Of a stretch of DNA of 64,000 nt, positions 28,517 through 38,003 are shown one piece after another. Position 1 is the stretch's first letter. The number at the start of each line of letters is the position of its first letter. Below the pieces are notes generated by a model. The model made no database searches, was not told the origin of the DNA, and saw only the letters and a list, made by a program, of their open reading frames with translations. The translations under genes and the position numbers were made by a program. The DNA comes from Vicinamibacterales bacterium (GTDB taxonomy: Bacteria > Acidobacteriota > Vicinamibacteria > Vicinamibacterales > UBA8438): the NCBI GenBank assembly GCA_965197375.1, contig CBDAMZ010000010.1, forward strand, positions 844-64,843, given 5' to 3'.

Positions 28517-29271
28517 GCTCCTGCTCCCGTCTCTCGCTTAGATACCCATTCGAATTCTCGGAGGAACTCTTGTTCCTCGTCGTCCAAAATAGCCCCAGTC
28601 AGTAGATCGGGCCGGCGCTTAAACGTCCGTCGAATGGCTTCGCGCTTACGCCAGCGCCGAATAGCTGCATGGTTACCCGACAGCAGGACGTCTGGAACCC
28701 GATGCCGATCCACGACGGTGGGGCGCGTATAATGCGGACAGTTGAGTAAGTTCCGTACGAACGAGTCGCCTTCAACCGAATCATCGTTCCCCACGACCTC
28801 CGGCACATGGCGTGCCACGACGTCGACGATAACAGCGGCTGGTAGTTCACCACCACTCAACACGTAGTCACCGATCGACAGCTCTTCACTGGCAACGTAT
28901 GCGCACACACGCTCATCTACACCTTCATATCGCCCGCACAGGATCACGAGGTGGGAAAGGCGGCTCAGGCGGACAGCTGCAGCGTGGCTCAGCAACTTAC
29001 CCTGCGGCGAGGCCAAGATGACGGCACGTGGTGAGCCCCACTCGCGTCGAATCGTGTCGACCGCCAGCATCAGCGGTTCGGGTTTCATCACCATACCAGG
29101 CCCGCCACCATACGGGACGTCGTCCACACTGCGATGCCGGTCCACCGTGAAATCTCGGAGATCGTGGACCGCAACTTGGAGCACGCCCCGTACGACGGCT
29201 CGACCGACCACTCCTTCAGCGAGAAACGCCTCGACCATCCGGGGGAAAATCGTGACGATGTCGAACCGCAC
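28513..29271 (-). CDS. trmD: tRNA (guanine37-N1)-methyltransferase
   Basis: [17 protein letters not shown]...[17 protein letters not shown]...[12 protein letters not shown]...[14 protein letters not shown]. Confidence 0.95.
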   Translation of the reverse strand: MRFDIVTIFPRMVEAFLAEGVVGRAVVRGVLQVAVHDLRDFTVDRHRSVDDVPYGGGPGMVMKPEPLMLAVDTIRREWGSPRAVILASPQGKLLSHAAAVRLSRLSHLVILCGRYEGVDERVCAYVASEELSIGDYVLSGGELPAAVIVDVVARHVPEVVGNDDSVEGDSFVRNLLNCPHYTRPTVVDRHRVPDVLLSGNHAAIRRWRKREAIRRTFKRRPDLLTGAILDDEEQEFLREFEWVSKRETGAGA

Positions 29272-29287
29272 TTTGTGCTCCCGTACC

Positions 29288-29830
29288 CTAAGCGCTGCGA
29301 TTTAATTCCAGAAGACCGTCTGGCGGGTCTATCACGACCGTCCGGCTGGCGGTGTCGATCCGGACACAGATCGAGTCGACCAAGGGTACGTCTACCTCGC
29401 CCTCGTGATTATGAACGAGCAGACAGTTGGCGCCGCCTCCCCGCTGAACAGCCGTGACGGTACCAACGCTTGCACCAGCCACGGTTGTTACTTTGCATCC
29501 AACGAGTACGTGCTCGTAGAACGCACCAGCCGGTAACGGATGCAGCGTCGCTTCGGGAACGCGAAGCTCGGCACCCACTAGTCGCTCAGCATCGTCGATG
29601 GTGGTTACGCCCGCGAACCCAAGGACCGGACGTCCGGACTGGAATCGAGCGGTTGTGATCCGAAGCTCGACCGCCTGCTCCTGAAAGCTGGCATAAAGCG
29701 TGTTGCCCGCGCGGAAGCGCGCTTCCGGAAAATCAGTCTCCGTATTCACAATGACCTGGCCACGTCTCCCGTGGGACCGTGCTACGCGTCCAACGACGAC
29801 CATCGCATCCCAACGTCCAGCCTGAACCAT
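29288..29830 (-). CDS. rimM: 16S rRNA processing protein RimM
   Basis: VVVGRVARSHGRRGQVIV...PEARF; PRC-barrel C-terminal half. Conserved operon position. Confidence 0.88.
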   Translation of the reverse strand: MVQAGRWDAMVVVGRVARSHGRRGQVIVNTETDFPEARFRAGNTLYASFQEQAVELRITTARFQSGRPVLGFAGVTTIDDAERLVGAELRVPEATLHPLPAGAFYEHVLVGCKVTTVAGASVGTVTAVQRGGGANCLLVHNHEGEVDVPLVDSICVRIDTASRTVVIDPPDGLLELNRSA

Positions 29831-29835
29831 AACCG

Positions 29836-30084
29836 CTACTCGGCCCTGTCGAGAAAGTCGACGGTTGCCCGAAGCCCATTGCGATCGGCCGCTACCTGAG
29901 CGATCGTCCGGACCGCCGCAGCAGTGCGACCCTGCCTGCCGATCAGCTTGCCGAGATCCCCAGGCTTAGTCGTCAGTTCGATCCGGACCGTGTCTTGATG
30001 CTCGTATTCGGTCACCCTGACCGCCTCGGGATAGTCCGCAAGCGCCCGCGCGATGACTTCGACAAGGTTCTTAACGTCGCTCAC
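29836..30084 (-). CDS. KH-domain RNA-binding protein (UPF0109/YlqC family)
   Basis: 82 aa with ...GDLGKLIGRQGRTAAAVRTI (GxxG KH motif), between rpsP and rimM. Confidence 0.85.
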   Translation of the reverse strand: MSDVKNLVEVIARALADYPEAVRVTEYEHQDTVRIELTTKPGDLGKLIGRQGRTAAAVRTIAQVAADRNGLRATVDFLDRAE

Positions 30085-30377
30085 GACCCGGCCCGCTCCG
30101 CCACCGCCGCCCCAGAGCCTGCTTCGTCAACGGGCGCCGTCTCGTGCGAATGACGTGCCAACAGCGTGCGCACCGTTGCACTCGGTTTGGCACCCTTGTC
30201 CACCCAATAGCCCAGGCGTTCCCGGTTAACCAGAAACGTCTCCGGCTCTGTTACCGGGTTGTAGTGCCCCAAGACTTCAATGGAACGACCGTCGCGTGCC
30301 GCATGAGATTCGGTCACGACAACTCTGAAGAACGGACATTTCTTCGAACCCTGACGTCGCAGTCGAATGGACAACAT
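30081..30377 (-). CDS. rpsP: 30S ribosomal protein S16
   Basis: MLSIRLRRQGSKKCPFFRVVVTESHAARDGRSIEVLGHYNP. Confidence 0.95.
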   Translation of the reverse strand: MLSIRLRRQGSKKCPFFRVVVTESHAARDGRSIEVLGHYNPVTEPETFLVNRERLGYWVDKGAKPSATVRTLLARHSHETAPVDEAGSGAAVAERAGS

Positions 30378-30386
30378 TCGTCTTCC

Positions 30387-30712
30387 TCAGCTTTCTTGCC
30401 GATCCAGGCCAAAGCGCCTTCCGCGTCGGCGCCCCACCGCGCCCACAACTTTCAGCACCTTGCGCATCTCGGCAAACTGCTTCAACAGTCGGTTGACCCG
30501 CTGCACGGTAGTGCCACCCCCTCTGGTAATTCGCTGCTACCGACTACCGCCGTCCAAGTCAGCTGCCGCGGGTCGGCGAGACCAGCCGCGTCCCCGATTT
30601 GATTCATCCCCGGGGTTAAGTCGATCAGCCGACCGAGCGGGTCCATCGCCCGAATGTCATCCAAAGGAGTGCGGCCCAACGCAGCGCTGCCCATCAACCC
30701 CGGTGCCCTCAT
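30387..30712 (-). pseudogene. ffh: decayed 3' fragment of ffh (signal recognition particle protein, M-domain/C-terminus only)
   Basis: One frame reads ...DGGSR*QRITRGGGTTVQRVNRLLKQFAEMRKVLK..., with the stop TGA just before the rpsP Shine-Dalgarno sequence and an in-frame TAG at 30537-30539. Another frame reads TPLDDIRAMDPLGRLIDLTPGMNQIG... (M-domain finger-loop region). No N or G domain lies upstream; ribBA ends at 30829. Confidence 0.7.
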
Positions 30713-30828
30713 TCGCCGACACCAGCTTCCAAGACAGGCTCTAACAGACTCAGACGTAACGGCTTATCCTAGACCAGCCACCGCTGACTGTCAACGAACC
30801 CGCGCGGCTTTAGCTCCGGATGTCCGTG

Positions 30829-32103
30829 TTACACCGAGGACAGCTTGTGGCCGAGTTTCTCTTTCTTGACCCGCAGGTAGGACCTCGAGTGCTCCGACAC
30901 CGGCACCTCCAGTGGCACCGATTCGCTCACGGAGAGCCCGTACCCTTCGAGACCAATGAACTTTCGAGGGTTGTTGGTCAGGAGACGCATCTCCCGCACA
31001 CCAAGATCCTCCAGAATCTGTGCGCCGATCCCATAGTCGCGCTGGTCCGGCTTGAACCCGAGCCGCTCATTTGCCTCGACGGTGTCGAGCCCCTGATCTT
31101 GCAGTTCATACGCTCGGATCTTGTTGGCCAGTCCAATACCACGCCCTTCTTGATTGAGGTAGAGGAGCACACCACGCTGCTCAGCCGCGATCCGCTGTAT
31201 CGCCACCGAAAGCTGCCGACCACAATCACACCGAGAAGAATGAAACACATCACCCGTAAGGCAGCGCGAGTGGACGCGCACAAGAATTTTACGACCGTCG
31301 CCGATCTCACCGCGCACTAAGGCGACGTGAGTTTGACCCTCGATAATACTCTCGTAGGCGTACACCTGGAACGTGCCGTAATCAGTTGGAAGCCCAGCCG
31401 AAGCAATTCGCCGCACGAGCCGGTCGTGACGCAACCGATGCTTGATGAGGCCTGCTACCGTGATCATGAGTAGGCCATGGCGTTTCGCAAATCTCCGTAA
31501 CTGCGGCACCCGTGCCATGGTACCGTCGTTGTTCATGATCTCGCAGATCACACCGGCCGGGCACAGCTCGGCCAAGCGGGCTAGATCAACCGCAGCCTCC
31601 GTCTGACCTGCGCGTGCCAGAACGCCGCCTCGTTCGGCACGAAGCGGATATAAATGGCCCGGTCTTGCCAAGTCGCTCGGCTTGGTTGCTGGATCGATCG
31701 CTACCTGGACCGTAGTGGCACGGTCAGCAGCCGAGATCCCGGTGCTTGTCACGTGCTTCGCGTCGATCGGTACCGCGAATGCCGTCTCAAACCGAGAGCT
31801 GTTCCGATTCACCATCATCGGGATTTCGAGCTCGTCGAGACGCTCACCGGTCATCGGCAGACAGATGAGCCCGCGTCCGTAACGCGCCATGAAGTTGATT
31901 ACCTCTGGTGTCACTTTCTCGGCTGCGATCGTGAGATCGCCTTCGTTCTCCCGGTCTTCGTCATCCACCACGATGATCATCCGGCCCGCGCGAATCGCCT
32001 CAACGGCGTCTTCGATCGGTGCAAACGGGCCGCGCCGTAAGCGCTTAACCGGCCGCGGTCCCAACTCTGTCACCAGCGTCCGTCCAGAGGTCTTTTTAGC
32101 CAT
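30829..32103 (-). CDS. ribBA: bifunctional 3,4-dihydroxy-2-butanone-4-phosphate synthase / GTP cyclohydrolase II
   Basis: [24 protein letters not shown]...[21 protein letters not shown]...[13 protein letters not shown]. Start taken at the ATG with a GAGGAG Shine-Dalgarno sequence; the longest ORF reaches 32157. Confidence 0.93.
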   Translation of the reverse strand: MAKKTSGRTLVTELGPRPVKRLRRGPFAPIEDAVEAIRAGRMIIVVDDEDRENEGDLTIAAEKVTPEVINFMARYGRGLICLPMTGERLDELEIPMMVNRNSSRFETAFAVPIDAKHVTSTGISAADRATTVQVAIDPATKPSDLARPGHLYPLRAERGGVLARAGQTEAAVDLARLAELCPAGVICEIMNNDGTMARVPQLRRFAKRHGLLMITVAGLIKHRLRHDRLVRRIASAGLPTDYGTFQVYAYESIIEGQTHVALVRGEIGDGRKILVRVHSRCLTGDVFHSSRCDCGRQLSVAIQRIAAEQRGVLLYLNQEGRGIGLANKIRAYELQDQGLDTVEANERLGFKPDQRDYGIGAQILEDLGVREMRLLTNNPRKFIGLEGYGLSVSESVPLEVPVSEHSRSYLRVKKEKLGHKLSSV

Positions 32104-32125
32104 CTCGCGCTCCTCGTTATCTGTG

Positions 32126-32737
32126 CTACAACCCCCCCCCCCCGGAGTCGCGCGCAACCTCGAGGGCTTTGACGACGTGCTTCCCGATGATATCGCACTC
32201 GAGGTTCACAGGATCATCCAGGGCCAGCGTGTGCAGGTGCGTGTAGCGCCATGTGTGCGGGACAAGCTGCACACCAAAACAACGTTCGCCCAGATCCGCA
32301 ACCGTTAAGCTGATCCCGTCTACGGCGATCGATCCCTTTTGCACGATGTAGGGTGAGAGCGCTGGTGGGTAGCGAATCGTCACCCAGAAGAATTCCGCGT
32401 CCTCTCGGATCTCATCCACGTGCCCAACATCGTCGATGTGCCCAAGCACGAAGTGCCCGCCCAAGCGGGCTTCTGCACGCAGCGGACGTTCCAGATTAAC
32501 GATCGAGCCCGGCCGGAATGTCCCTAATGTCGTGACCCGCGCCGTTTCCGGTGAGATTTCCGCATGAAATTCCTTAGCGTCGCCCAGAACGACGGTTAGG
32601 CACACGCCGTTAACGGCGATGCTGTCGCCTGGGCCAAGTTCGCCGGCCAGATCCGTCACGACGCGCATACGGAAGCCGGCCTGGATCGACTCAACCTCGG
32701 CCACTTTACCCACCGCTTCAATGAGTCCTGTAAACAT
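32126..32737 (-). CDS. ribE: riboflavin synthase (alpha chain)
   Basis: [12 protein letters not shown]...[13 protein letters not shown]...[12 protein letters not shown] (duplicated lumazine-binding repeat). The last codons GGGG lie in a 12-nt homopolymer. Confidence 0.92.
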   Translation of the reverse strand: MFTGLIEAVGKVAEVESIQAGFRMRVVTDLAGELGPGDSIAVNGVCLTVVLGDAKEFHAEISPETARVTTLGTFRPGSIVNLERPLRAEARLGGHFVLGHIDDVGHVDEIREDAEFFWVTIRYPPALSPYIVQKGSIAVDGISLTVADLGERCFGVQLVPHTWRYTHLHTLALDDPVNLECDIIGKHVVKALEVARDSGGGGL

Positions 32738-33836
32738 CTCCCTCAATCAGCACGTCCGGCCCGTAGCTCCGCACGCGTACATTCTCAAGATCGGCCACCG
32801 ACAAGGAGCCGTCGCTCAACCAGGCGACCCCGTCCGCTCCCAGTGCCGCCGGCGCAATGAAAATCTGGACGCGATCAACGACCCCGCCTGACCACGCTGC
32901 GCGGTGAACGGTTGGCCCACCCTCAAGCAACAGGCTGGAGATCTCCAGCGCACCGAGACACGCCATCGCTTCACCCATGCGGCCAGCCGCCAGCGGCTCG
33001 AGGCGCGCGCCCGCGGCCCGCAGCCGTTCGGCGCGGTCAGCGTGAACCTCGAGTGCGTGTTCGCTCGTGAGGACCACAACGGGCCCCTCCGCGAGCGTCG
33101 TGAACAGGCGCGCCGACGGTGGCGTGCGGAGTCGACGGTCGAACACCACCCGGGTCAGTGGCCGGCCCCGAGTGACCCCGCGCGCCGTCAACACCGGATC
33201 GTCGACCAGCACCGTCTTCGATCCGACACCCACGGCGTCAACTTGACCGCGCAACTGATGCACAGCGCGGGTCGCCAGTTCGGACGTCAGCTGGGTTCGC
33301 TCGCCTAACCCAGCAGCGACACAGCGATCGAGACTCGCGGCGATCTTCATCGTCACGAACGGCCGGCCGCGTGTCACCCAGGTGACGAATGCCTCATTCA
33401 GTCGCTCAGCCGCCTCCTCGCACACACCGATGTCGACGTGGATCCCGTGCGACCGAAGGTAAGTAATCCCACTGCCGCTGACGCGAGGGTTCGGATCAAC
33501 CATGGCGACAACAACTCGCTCGACGCCGGCCGCGACGATCCGTGCCACACAAGGACCAGTTCGACCCTGGTGGCAACATGGCTCCAGGGTGCAGTAGAGG
33601 GTCGCCCCGCGTGCGCGTTGACCAGCCTCCCGTAATGCCAGAACCTCCGCATGGTCCTCTCCAGCGCGCATGTGGAACCCCGCCCCAACCACGACCTCCG
33701 CAGGCGACACCACGACCGCGCCCACCAACGGATTGGGGCTCGTCTGTCCACGTCCCCGTTCCGCGAGTTCAAGCGCTTGATCCATATAGCCCATGTCGCC
33801 AGCCCGCCTGACCGTATCTACCATCACTGACGACAC
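32718..33836 (-). CDS. ribD: bifunctional riboflavin biosynthesis deaminase/reductase RibD
   Basis: YMDQALELAERGRGQTSPNPLVGAVVV...HAEVLAL...CTLEPCCHQGRTGPC, plus a C-terminal reductase domain. Start uncertain (33836 GTG or 33794 ATG). Confidence 0.92.
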   Translation of the reverse strand: MSSVMVDTVRRAGDMGYMDQALELAERGRGQTSPNPLVGAVVVSPAEVVVGAGFHMRAGEDHAEVLALREAGQRARGATLYCTLEPCCHQGRTGPCVARIVAAGVERVVVAMVDPNPRVSGSGITYLRSHGIHVDIGVCEEAAERLNEAFVTWVTRGRPFVTMKIAASLDRCVAAGLGERTQLTSELATRAVHQLRGQVDAVGVGSKTVLVDDPVLTARGVTRGRPLTRVVFDRRLRTPPSARLFTTLAEGPVVVLTSEHALEVHADRAERLRAAGARLEPLAAGRMGEAMACLGALEISSLLLEGGPTVHRAAWSGGVVDRVQIFIAPAALGADGVAWLSDGSLSVADLENVRVRSYGPDVLIEGDVYRTH

Positions 33837-34855
33837 TAGCCACTTTCCAGCTCGGACCGCTGCCGCCGAAGCATCAACTCTTCGACGGCGGCCCTGGGCT
33901 CTTTTCGCCCGGCCATGACCTCTGCCATCTGAGCCACGATCGGTAATTCCACGCCGTGACGCCCTCCTAATTCCATGGCGGCACCAGTCGTTCGTACCCC
34001 TTCTGCCACCATTTTCATTCCGGCCAACACGTCCTCGAGACGGTGCCCTTTGCCGAGCTCGATGCCCACGCGGCGATTACGGCTCAACGTGCCGGTGCAG
34101 GTGAGCACCAGGTCCCCAAGACCACTGAGACCAGCCAAAGTGTCTCGGCGGCCACCCACGGCGAACGCTAACCGCGAAATCTCGGCCAAACCGCGCGTGA
34201 TTAACGCCGCGAGCGCATTGCGACCAAGCCCGAGCGACTCCACGACCCCGGCGGCAATAGCGATAACGTTCTTCAGGGCGGCGCCGATTTCAACGCCAGT
34301 CACATCCGAGCTTGCGTACAACCTCAAATAGCGGGAACGAAATTCTTGCTGCACGGCAGCTACCGCGTCCGCACACCGGCCAGCCACGGACACAGCGGTG
34401 GGCACCTCACGCGCCACTTCGAGCGCGAAGCTGGGACCAGATAGCACCGTCACCGGCCACCCAGTGCCGATTTCCTGCTCGATAACCTCTGACATTCGCA
34501 GTAAGGTTCCAACCTCAAGCCCTTTAGCGGCACTGACGACCGTCGCGTCTGCAGGTAACAGTGGCGCAACCCTCCGCACGACGTCCCGCGTACCGTGCGA
34601 AGGGACTGCCGCTACCACGTAGCGTGCCCCGCTGAGCGCAGCTTCGAGCGACGAGGTTGGCTGAACGGTCGCAGGCACCTCCACATTCGGCAGGTAAACC
34701 TGGTTCGCCCGGCGCGCGCGAATTTCGGCAACCAGAGCGTCGTCTCGGCCCCAGAGCTGCACGTCCTTCCCGAGTCGACCCAAGTACACGGCGAGCGCCG
34801 TGCCCCACCCACCGCTACCGAGCACGGCTACCCGAACGGCTGAGGTGTCAGTCAT
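33836..34855 (-). CDS. gpsA: NAD(P)H-dependent glycerol-3-phosphate dehydrogenase
   Basis: VAVLGSGGWGTALA...NQVYLP...LSGPSFALEVA...GVEIGAALKNVIAIAAG. ATGA overlap with the plsY stop. Confidence 0.92.
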   Translation of the reverse strand: MTDTSAVRVAVLGSGGWGTALAVYLGRLGKDVQLWGRDDALVAEIRARRANQVYLPNVEVPATVQPTSSLEAALSGARYVVAAVPSHGTRDVVRRVAPLLPADATVVSAAKGLEVGTLLRMSEVIEQEIGTGWPVTVLSGPSFALEVAREVPTAVSVAGRCADAVAAVQQEFRSRYLRLYASSDVTGVEIGAALKNVIAIAAGVVESLGLGRNALAALITRGLAEISRLAFAVGGRRDTLAGLSGLGDLVLTCTGTLSRNRRVGIELGKGHRLEDVLAGMKMVAEGVRTTGAAMELGGRHGVELPIVAQMAEVMAGRKEPRAAVEELMLRRQRSELESG

Positions 34856-35463
34856 CGTCTCGTCGTCTTTAAGCACGCGATTGAGCTTTCTAGCCGCCAT
34901 TCCGTTCCGGCCTGAAGACGCGCGAAGTTAGCGCGATGGCGGACCAGGATGAGCAACGCCATCGCGATTGCACACGCAATGGTCGCCGGCCTGGCTTCTT
35001 CAAAGTAGGCCAGCGGTAGAAACGCCAGAGACGCCACGACGGAACCAAGCGAGACGTAACGGGTGAACCAGACGACAACAACGAACATCGCAGCGGCCAT
35101 CGCCGTGGCAAGCGGCGACAACACCGCGAAGACTCCACAGGCAGTAGCAACACCTTTGCCTCCGCGAAACCGCAGCCACACCGGAAACACGTGGCCCACG
35201 ATTGCTGCGCCACCTGCAGCCGCTCGGAGCGTTTCGTCGCCCCCCAGGCTCCCAGCAAACGCGACCACCGCACAGCCCTTACCAACATCGAGCACCATTA
35301 CGGCCAGTGCCAACGATGGGTGCGTCGTTCGGTAGACATTCGCCGCGCCAACGTTGCCGCTGCCGGCCGAGCGCACGTCGGTCCCGGCGATACGCCGCGC
35401 CAACAAAAGGGCGAAAGGAACGGCTCCAATTAAATAGGCAATGAGAAGCAGCAGCCAGTGCAT
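34852..35463 (-). CDS. plsY: glycerol-3-phosphate acyltransferase PlsY
   Basis: MHWLLLLIAYLIGAVPFALLLAR...DVRSAGSGNVGAANVYR...DVGKG...FRGGKGVAT. The upstream part of the longest ORF (to 35742) is not PlsY-like. Confidence 0.9.
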   Translation of the reverse strand: MHWLLLLIAYLIGAVPFALLLARRIAGTDVRSAGSGNVGAANVYRTTHPSLALAVMVLDVGKGCAVVAFAGSLGGDETLRAAAGGAAIVGHVFPVWLRFRGGKGVATACGVFAVLSPLATAMAAAMFVVVVWFTRYVSLGSVVASLAFLPLAYFEEARPATIACAIAMALLILVRHRANFARLQAGTEWRLESSIACLKTTRR

Positions 35464-35542
35464 GTCATCTTTAACCAGTATGCCCGATCTGCCGACCGTA
35501 ATTTCTTTTTCGTTGCTTGTGCCATCGCCAGGGCCGCCGCGG

Positions 35543-36145
35543 TTAGGTAGTGCCGCCCGTTCCGTTTCCCGTTGGCATTCCAAGCGGCGCCTGCGCAACG
35601 ACCGCGTAGGACGGCCCCGATGGCGACAACCGACTCTCGTATAAGACCACCCGGTCCACACGCCAGGTGTGTCCCGGAAACGACACCCGACCGAGGGCGT
35701 CGCGAACCGCCAGGCCCGACGCTGGGGTCGTGCGGCGGACACGCCCGAGCGTCAAGTGCGGGCGAAACGCTCGTTGCTCCGGGGGAAAGCCGAGCAGCCC
35801 GAATCGTGCCCGCACGGCACCCTGCAGTGCTTCAAGCTCTGCTCTCCCCTCTCCAATCCCGAGCCAAACGACGCGCGGTGTTCCAAACGGCGGGAATACC
35901 CCGAGGGACGAAACACCAGCGCGGAACGGTTGCTGATGCCAACGTTTAACCATCGCCTGACGAACTGCCTCTACCCGATCTCCACCGACTTCACCCAAGA
36001 AGGCAAGAGTGAAGTGCAGATGCGGGGGGGCAACCCACTTAATCGACGCATGCCCGACGCGAAGGTGGCATCGCAGCTCGGCGATCACGCCGGCCGCCAG
36101 GTCACGTGTCGGCGAATCAAGATCGACCGCGATAAACAGACGCAC
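35543..36145 (-). CDS. thpR: RNA 2',3'-cyclic phosphodiesterase (2H family, ThpR/LigT)
   Basis: MRLFIAVDL... with two HxT/S motifs (HLHFTLAFLG and PHLTLGRV). Confidence 0.85.
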   Translation of the reverse strand: MRLFIAVDLDSPTRDLAAGVIAELRCHLRVGHASIKWVAPPHLHFTLAFLGEVGGDRVEAVRQAMVKRWHQQPFRAGVSSLGVFPPFGTPRVVWLGIGEGRAELEALQGAVRARFGLLGFPPEQRAFRPHLTLGRVRRTTPASGLAVRDALGRVSFPGHTWRVDRVVLYESRLSPSGPSYAVVAQAPLGMPTGNGTGGTT

Positions 36146-36192
36146 CTATCACCAGGGACTTCACTGGCAGCCCACCTCCACTAGACCAAGCG

Positions 36193-37479
36193 CTATCCAC
36201 TCCGCTGTTGCAAGGCGCGCCGGAGCAAGTCGAGCGCCACCTGGGAGGCTTGAAACTTGACGCGCGTGCGCTCACCAGACAGCCTGAGTCGCCGAACCTT
36301 TGGTGGCGCTCCTGGCCCGGCGACAGCCACGCAAACCGTGCCGAGCGGCTTCCCTGTAGTTCCGCCGCCCGGCCCAGCAATCCCCGTCACCCCCAGACCG
36401 AAGGTAACGCCGGCCCGCTCCCGTGCTCCCATAGCCATCGCTTCAGCCACGGCCCCGCTCACGGCGCCATGCTCGCGAATCAGTGCCGGATCGACACCAA
36501 GCAGTTCGACTTTGGCATCATTGTCGTAGAGCGTCCACCCGGCGTGCACGTAAGCCGAACTGCCCGGTACATCCGTAAGCCGAGACGTGATAAGCCCACC
36601 CGTGCACGACTCAGCAACAGCAACCCGTCCTCCCTGTTCACGTAAGAGCCGACCCACCACCTCCTCGAGGGAACTCCCGTCGGTACTGAACAGGGCTTCG
36701 CCAAGGACAGCCGCAAACTCAGCCGTCGCGGCATCAAGAACCTCACCCGCGAGCGCCGGGGCGGCAGCCTTCGTCGATAGGTGTAACTCGATCTGCCCAG
36801 GAGCGGCTAGGATCGTTATCTTGATGACCGGGCCAGGTGGCTGCCATTTCGAGTACAGCGGCTGGACCGCCTCTTCAACATGCGACTCGGTCCGCCCCGT
36901 GATCCGCAAGACCCGGCGATAGATAGACTGGCCGCTTCCCCGTGATGCTAGCCGATCCCGCACGACTGCTTCGAACATCGGACCGAGCTCGCGCGGTGGC
37001 CCAGGTAGGAGAAGCACTGCAGTCGCGTCACGCTCGATCCAGAGGCCGGGTGCAGTGCCGCGCCGATTCGCTAACATGACACCCCCCTTGGGGGCCAGCG
37101 CTTGACGCCTGTTGATGTCCGGCATATCGAGACCGCGCGCGGCGAAGCGCGCGCGGATTTCGTCAACGATCTGCGGGTCTTCTTCGAGCGGCAGCTCCAA
37201 CACCCCCGCGACAGCCGCGCGCGTCACGTCATCGTCAGTCGGACCGAGACCTCCCGTGATGATAACCAAGTTGCCGCGTGTCATAGCATGGCGAAGCGCG
37301 TCGGCCAGATCCTCGCGATCATCACCAACGACCAGCTTCTGACAGACCTCGATCCCAAGTGCGTTGAGATGGGTAGTCAGCTCGAGCGAGTTGGTATCCA
37401 CGCGGTGTGGCGTCAACAACTCAGCACCGACCGCGATGATGACAGCGCGTGAAAGCGGCGGCGTTGTTTGTAGCGTCAT
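36193..37479 (-). CDS. cinA: CinA-family protein (MoCF-binding domain plus nicotinamide-nucleotide amidase PncC domain)
   Basis: AVIIAVGAELLTPHRVDTNS...VIITGGLGPTDDDVT...AVAESCTGGLI...; about 428 aa. Confidence 0.88.
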   Translation of the reverse strand: MTLQTTPPLSRAVIIAVGAELLTPHRVDTNSLELTTHLNALGIEVCQKLVVGDDREDLADALRHAMTRGNLVIITGGLGPTDDDVTRAAVAGVLELPLEEDPQIVDEIRARFAARGLDMPDINRRQALAPKGGVMLANRRGTAPGLWIERDATAVLLLPGPPRELGPMFEAVVRDRLASRGSGQSIYRRVLRITGRTESHVEEAVQPLYSKWQPPGPVIKITILAAPGQIELHLSTKAAAPALAGEVLDAATAEFAAVLGEALFSTDGSSLEEVVGRLLREQGGRVAVAESCTGGLITSRLTDVPGSSAYVHAGWTLYDNDAKVELLGVDPALIREHGAVSGAVAEAMAMGARERAGVTFGLGVTGIAGPGGGTTGKPLGTVCVAVAGPGAPPKVRRLRLSGERTRVKFQASQVALDLLRRALQQRSG

Positions 37480-37961
37480 GACATAAGGAGAGATGGGACA
37501 ACCCACGCCAGCATACGGACACACACGTTGGCATAGATGCCGGCAACGACATCATCAGCTACCACGCCCCAACCGTGAGGTAGCCGCTCAACAGAACGAA
37601 TCGGAAACGGTTTCGCGATGTCAAACCCGCGAAAGGCGATCAAGCCCACGAGCCCGCCGATCCAGCTGACGGGCACCCAGAGCAAGGCGATCAGCATTCC
37701 TACCACCTCGTCGATCACAACGATCCCGGGATCCCGGCGCTGGAGAAGGCGCTCAGCCGAGGACGCCGCCCACACACCGGCGGTGAGTACAACCGTCACG
37801 AGCACCGCCTCAGAGAACGGGTGCCCAATCGATCGTACCAACACGACGAGAACTAGCCCAACCACAGACCCCGTCGTGCCTGGCGCAGTCGGAACATAGC
37901 CGCTGTAGGCCGCCGTGGCGATAAACAGCACCAGCGCGCGCATCGGGTCTCTATGAGTCAT
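37476..37961 (-). CDS. pgpA: phosphatidylglycerophosphatase A
   Basis: YSGYVPTAPGTTGS...VVIDEVVG...FRGFDIAKPFPI...GWGVVADDVVAGIYA. ATGA overlap with the cinA start. Confidence 0.9.
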   Translation of the reverse strand: MTHRDPMRALVLFIATAAYSGYVPTAPGTTGSVVGLVLVVLVRSIGHPFSEAVLVTVVLTAGVWAASSAERLLQRRDPGIVVIDEVVGMLIALLWVPVSWIGGLVGLIAFRGFDIAKPFPIRSVERLPHGWGVVADDVVAGIYANVCVRMLAWVVPSLLMS

Positions 37962-38003
37962 CAGCCCGGCGAACGAAACGTAAAAACCGCCGCAATGGGG
38001 GTG

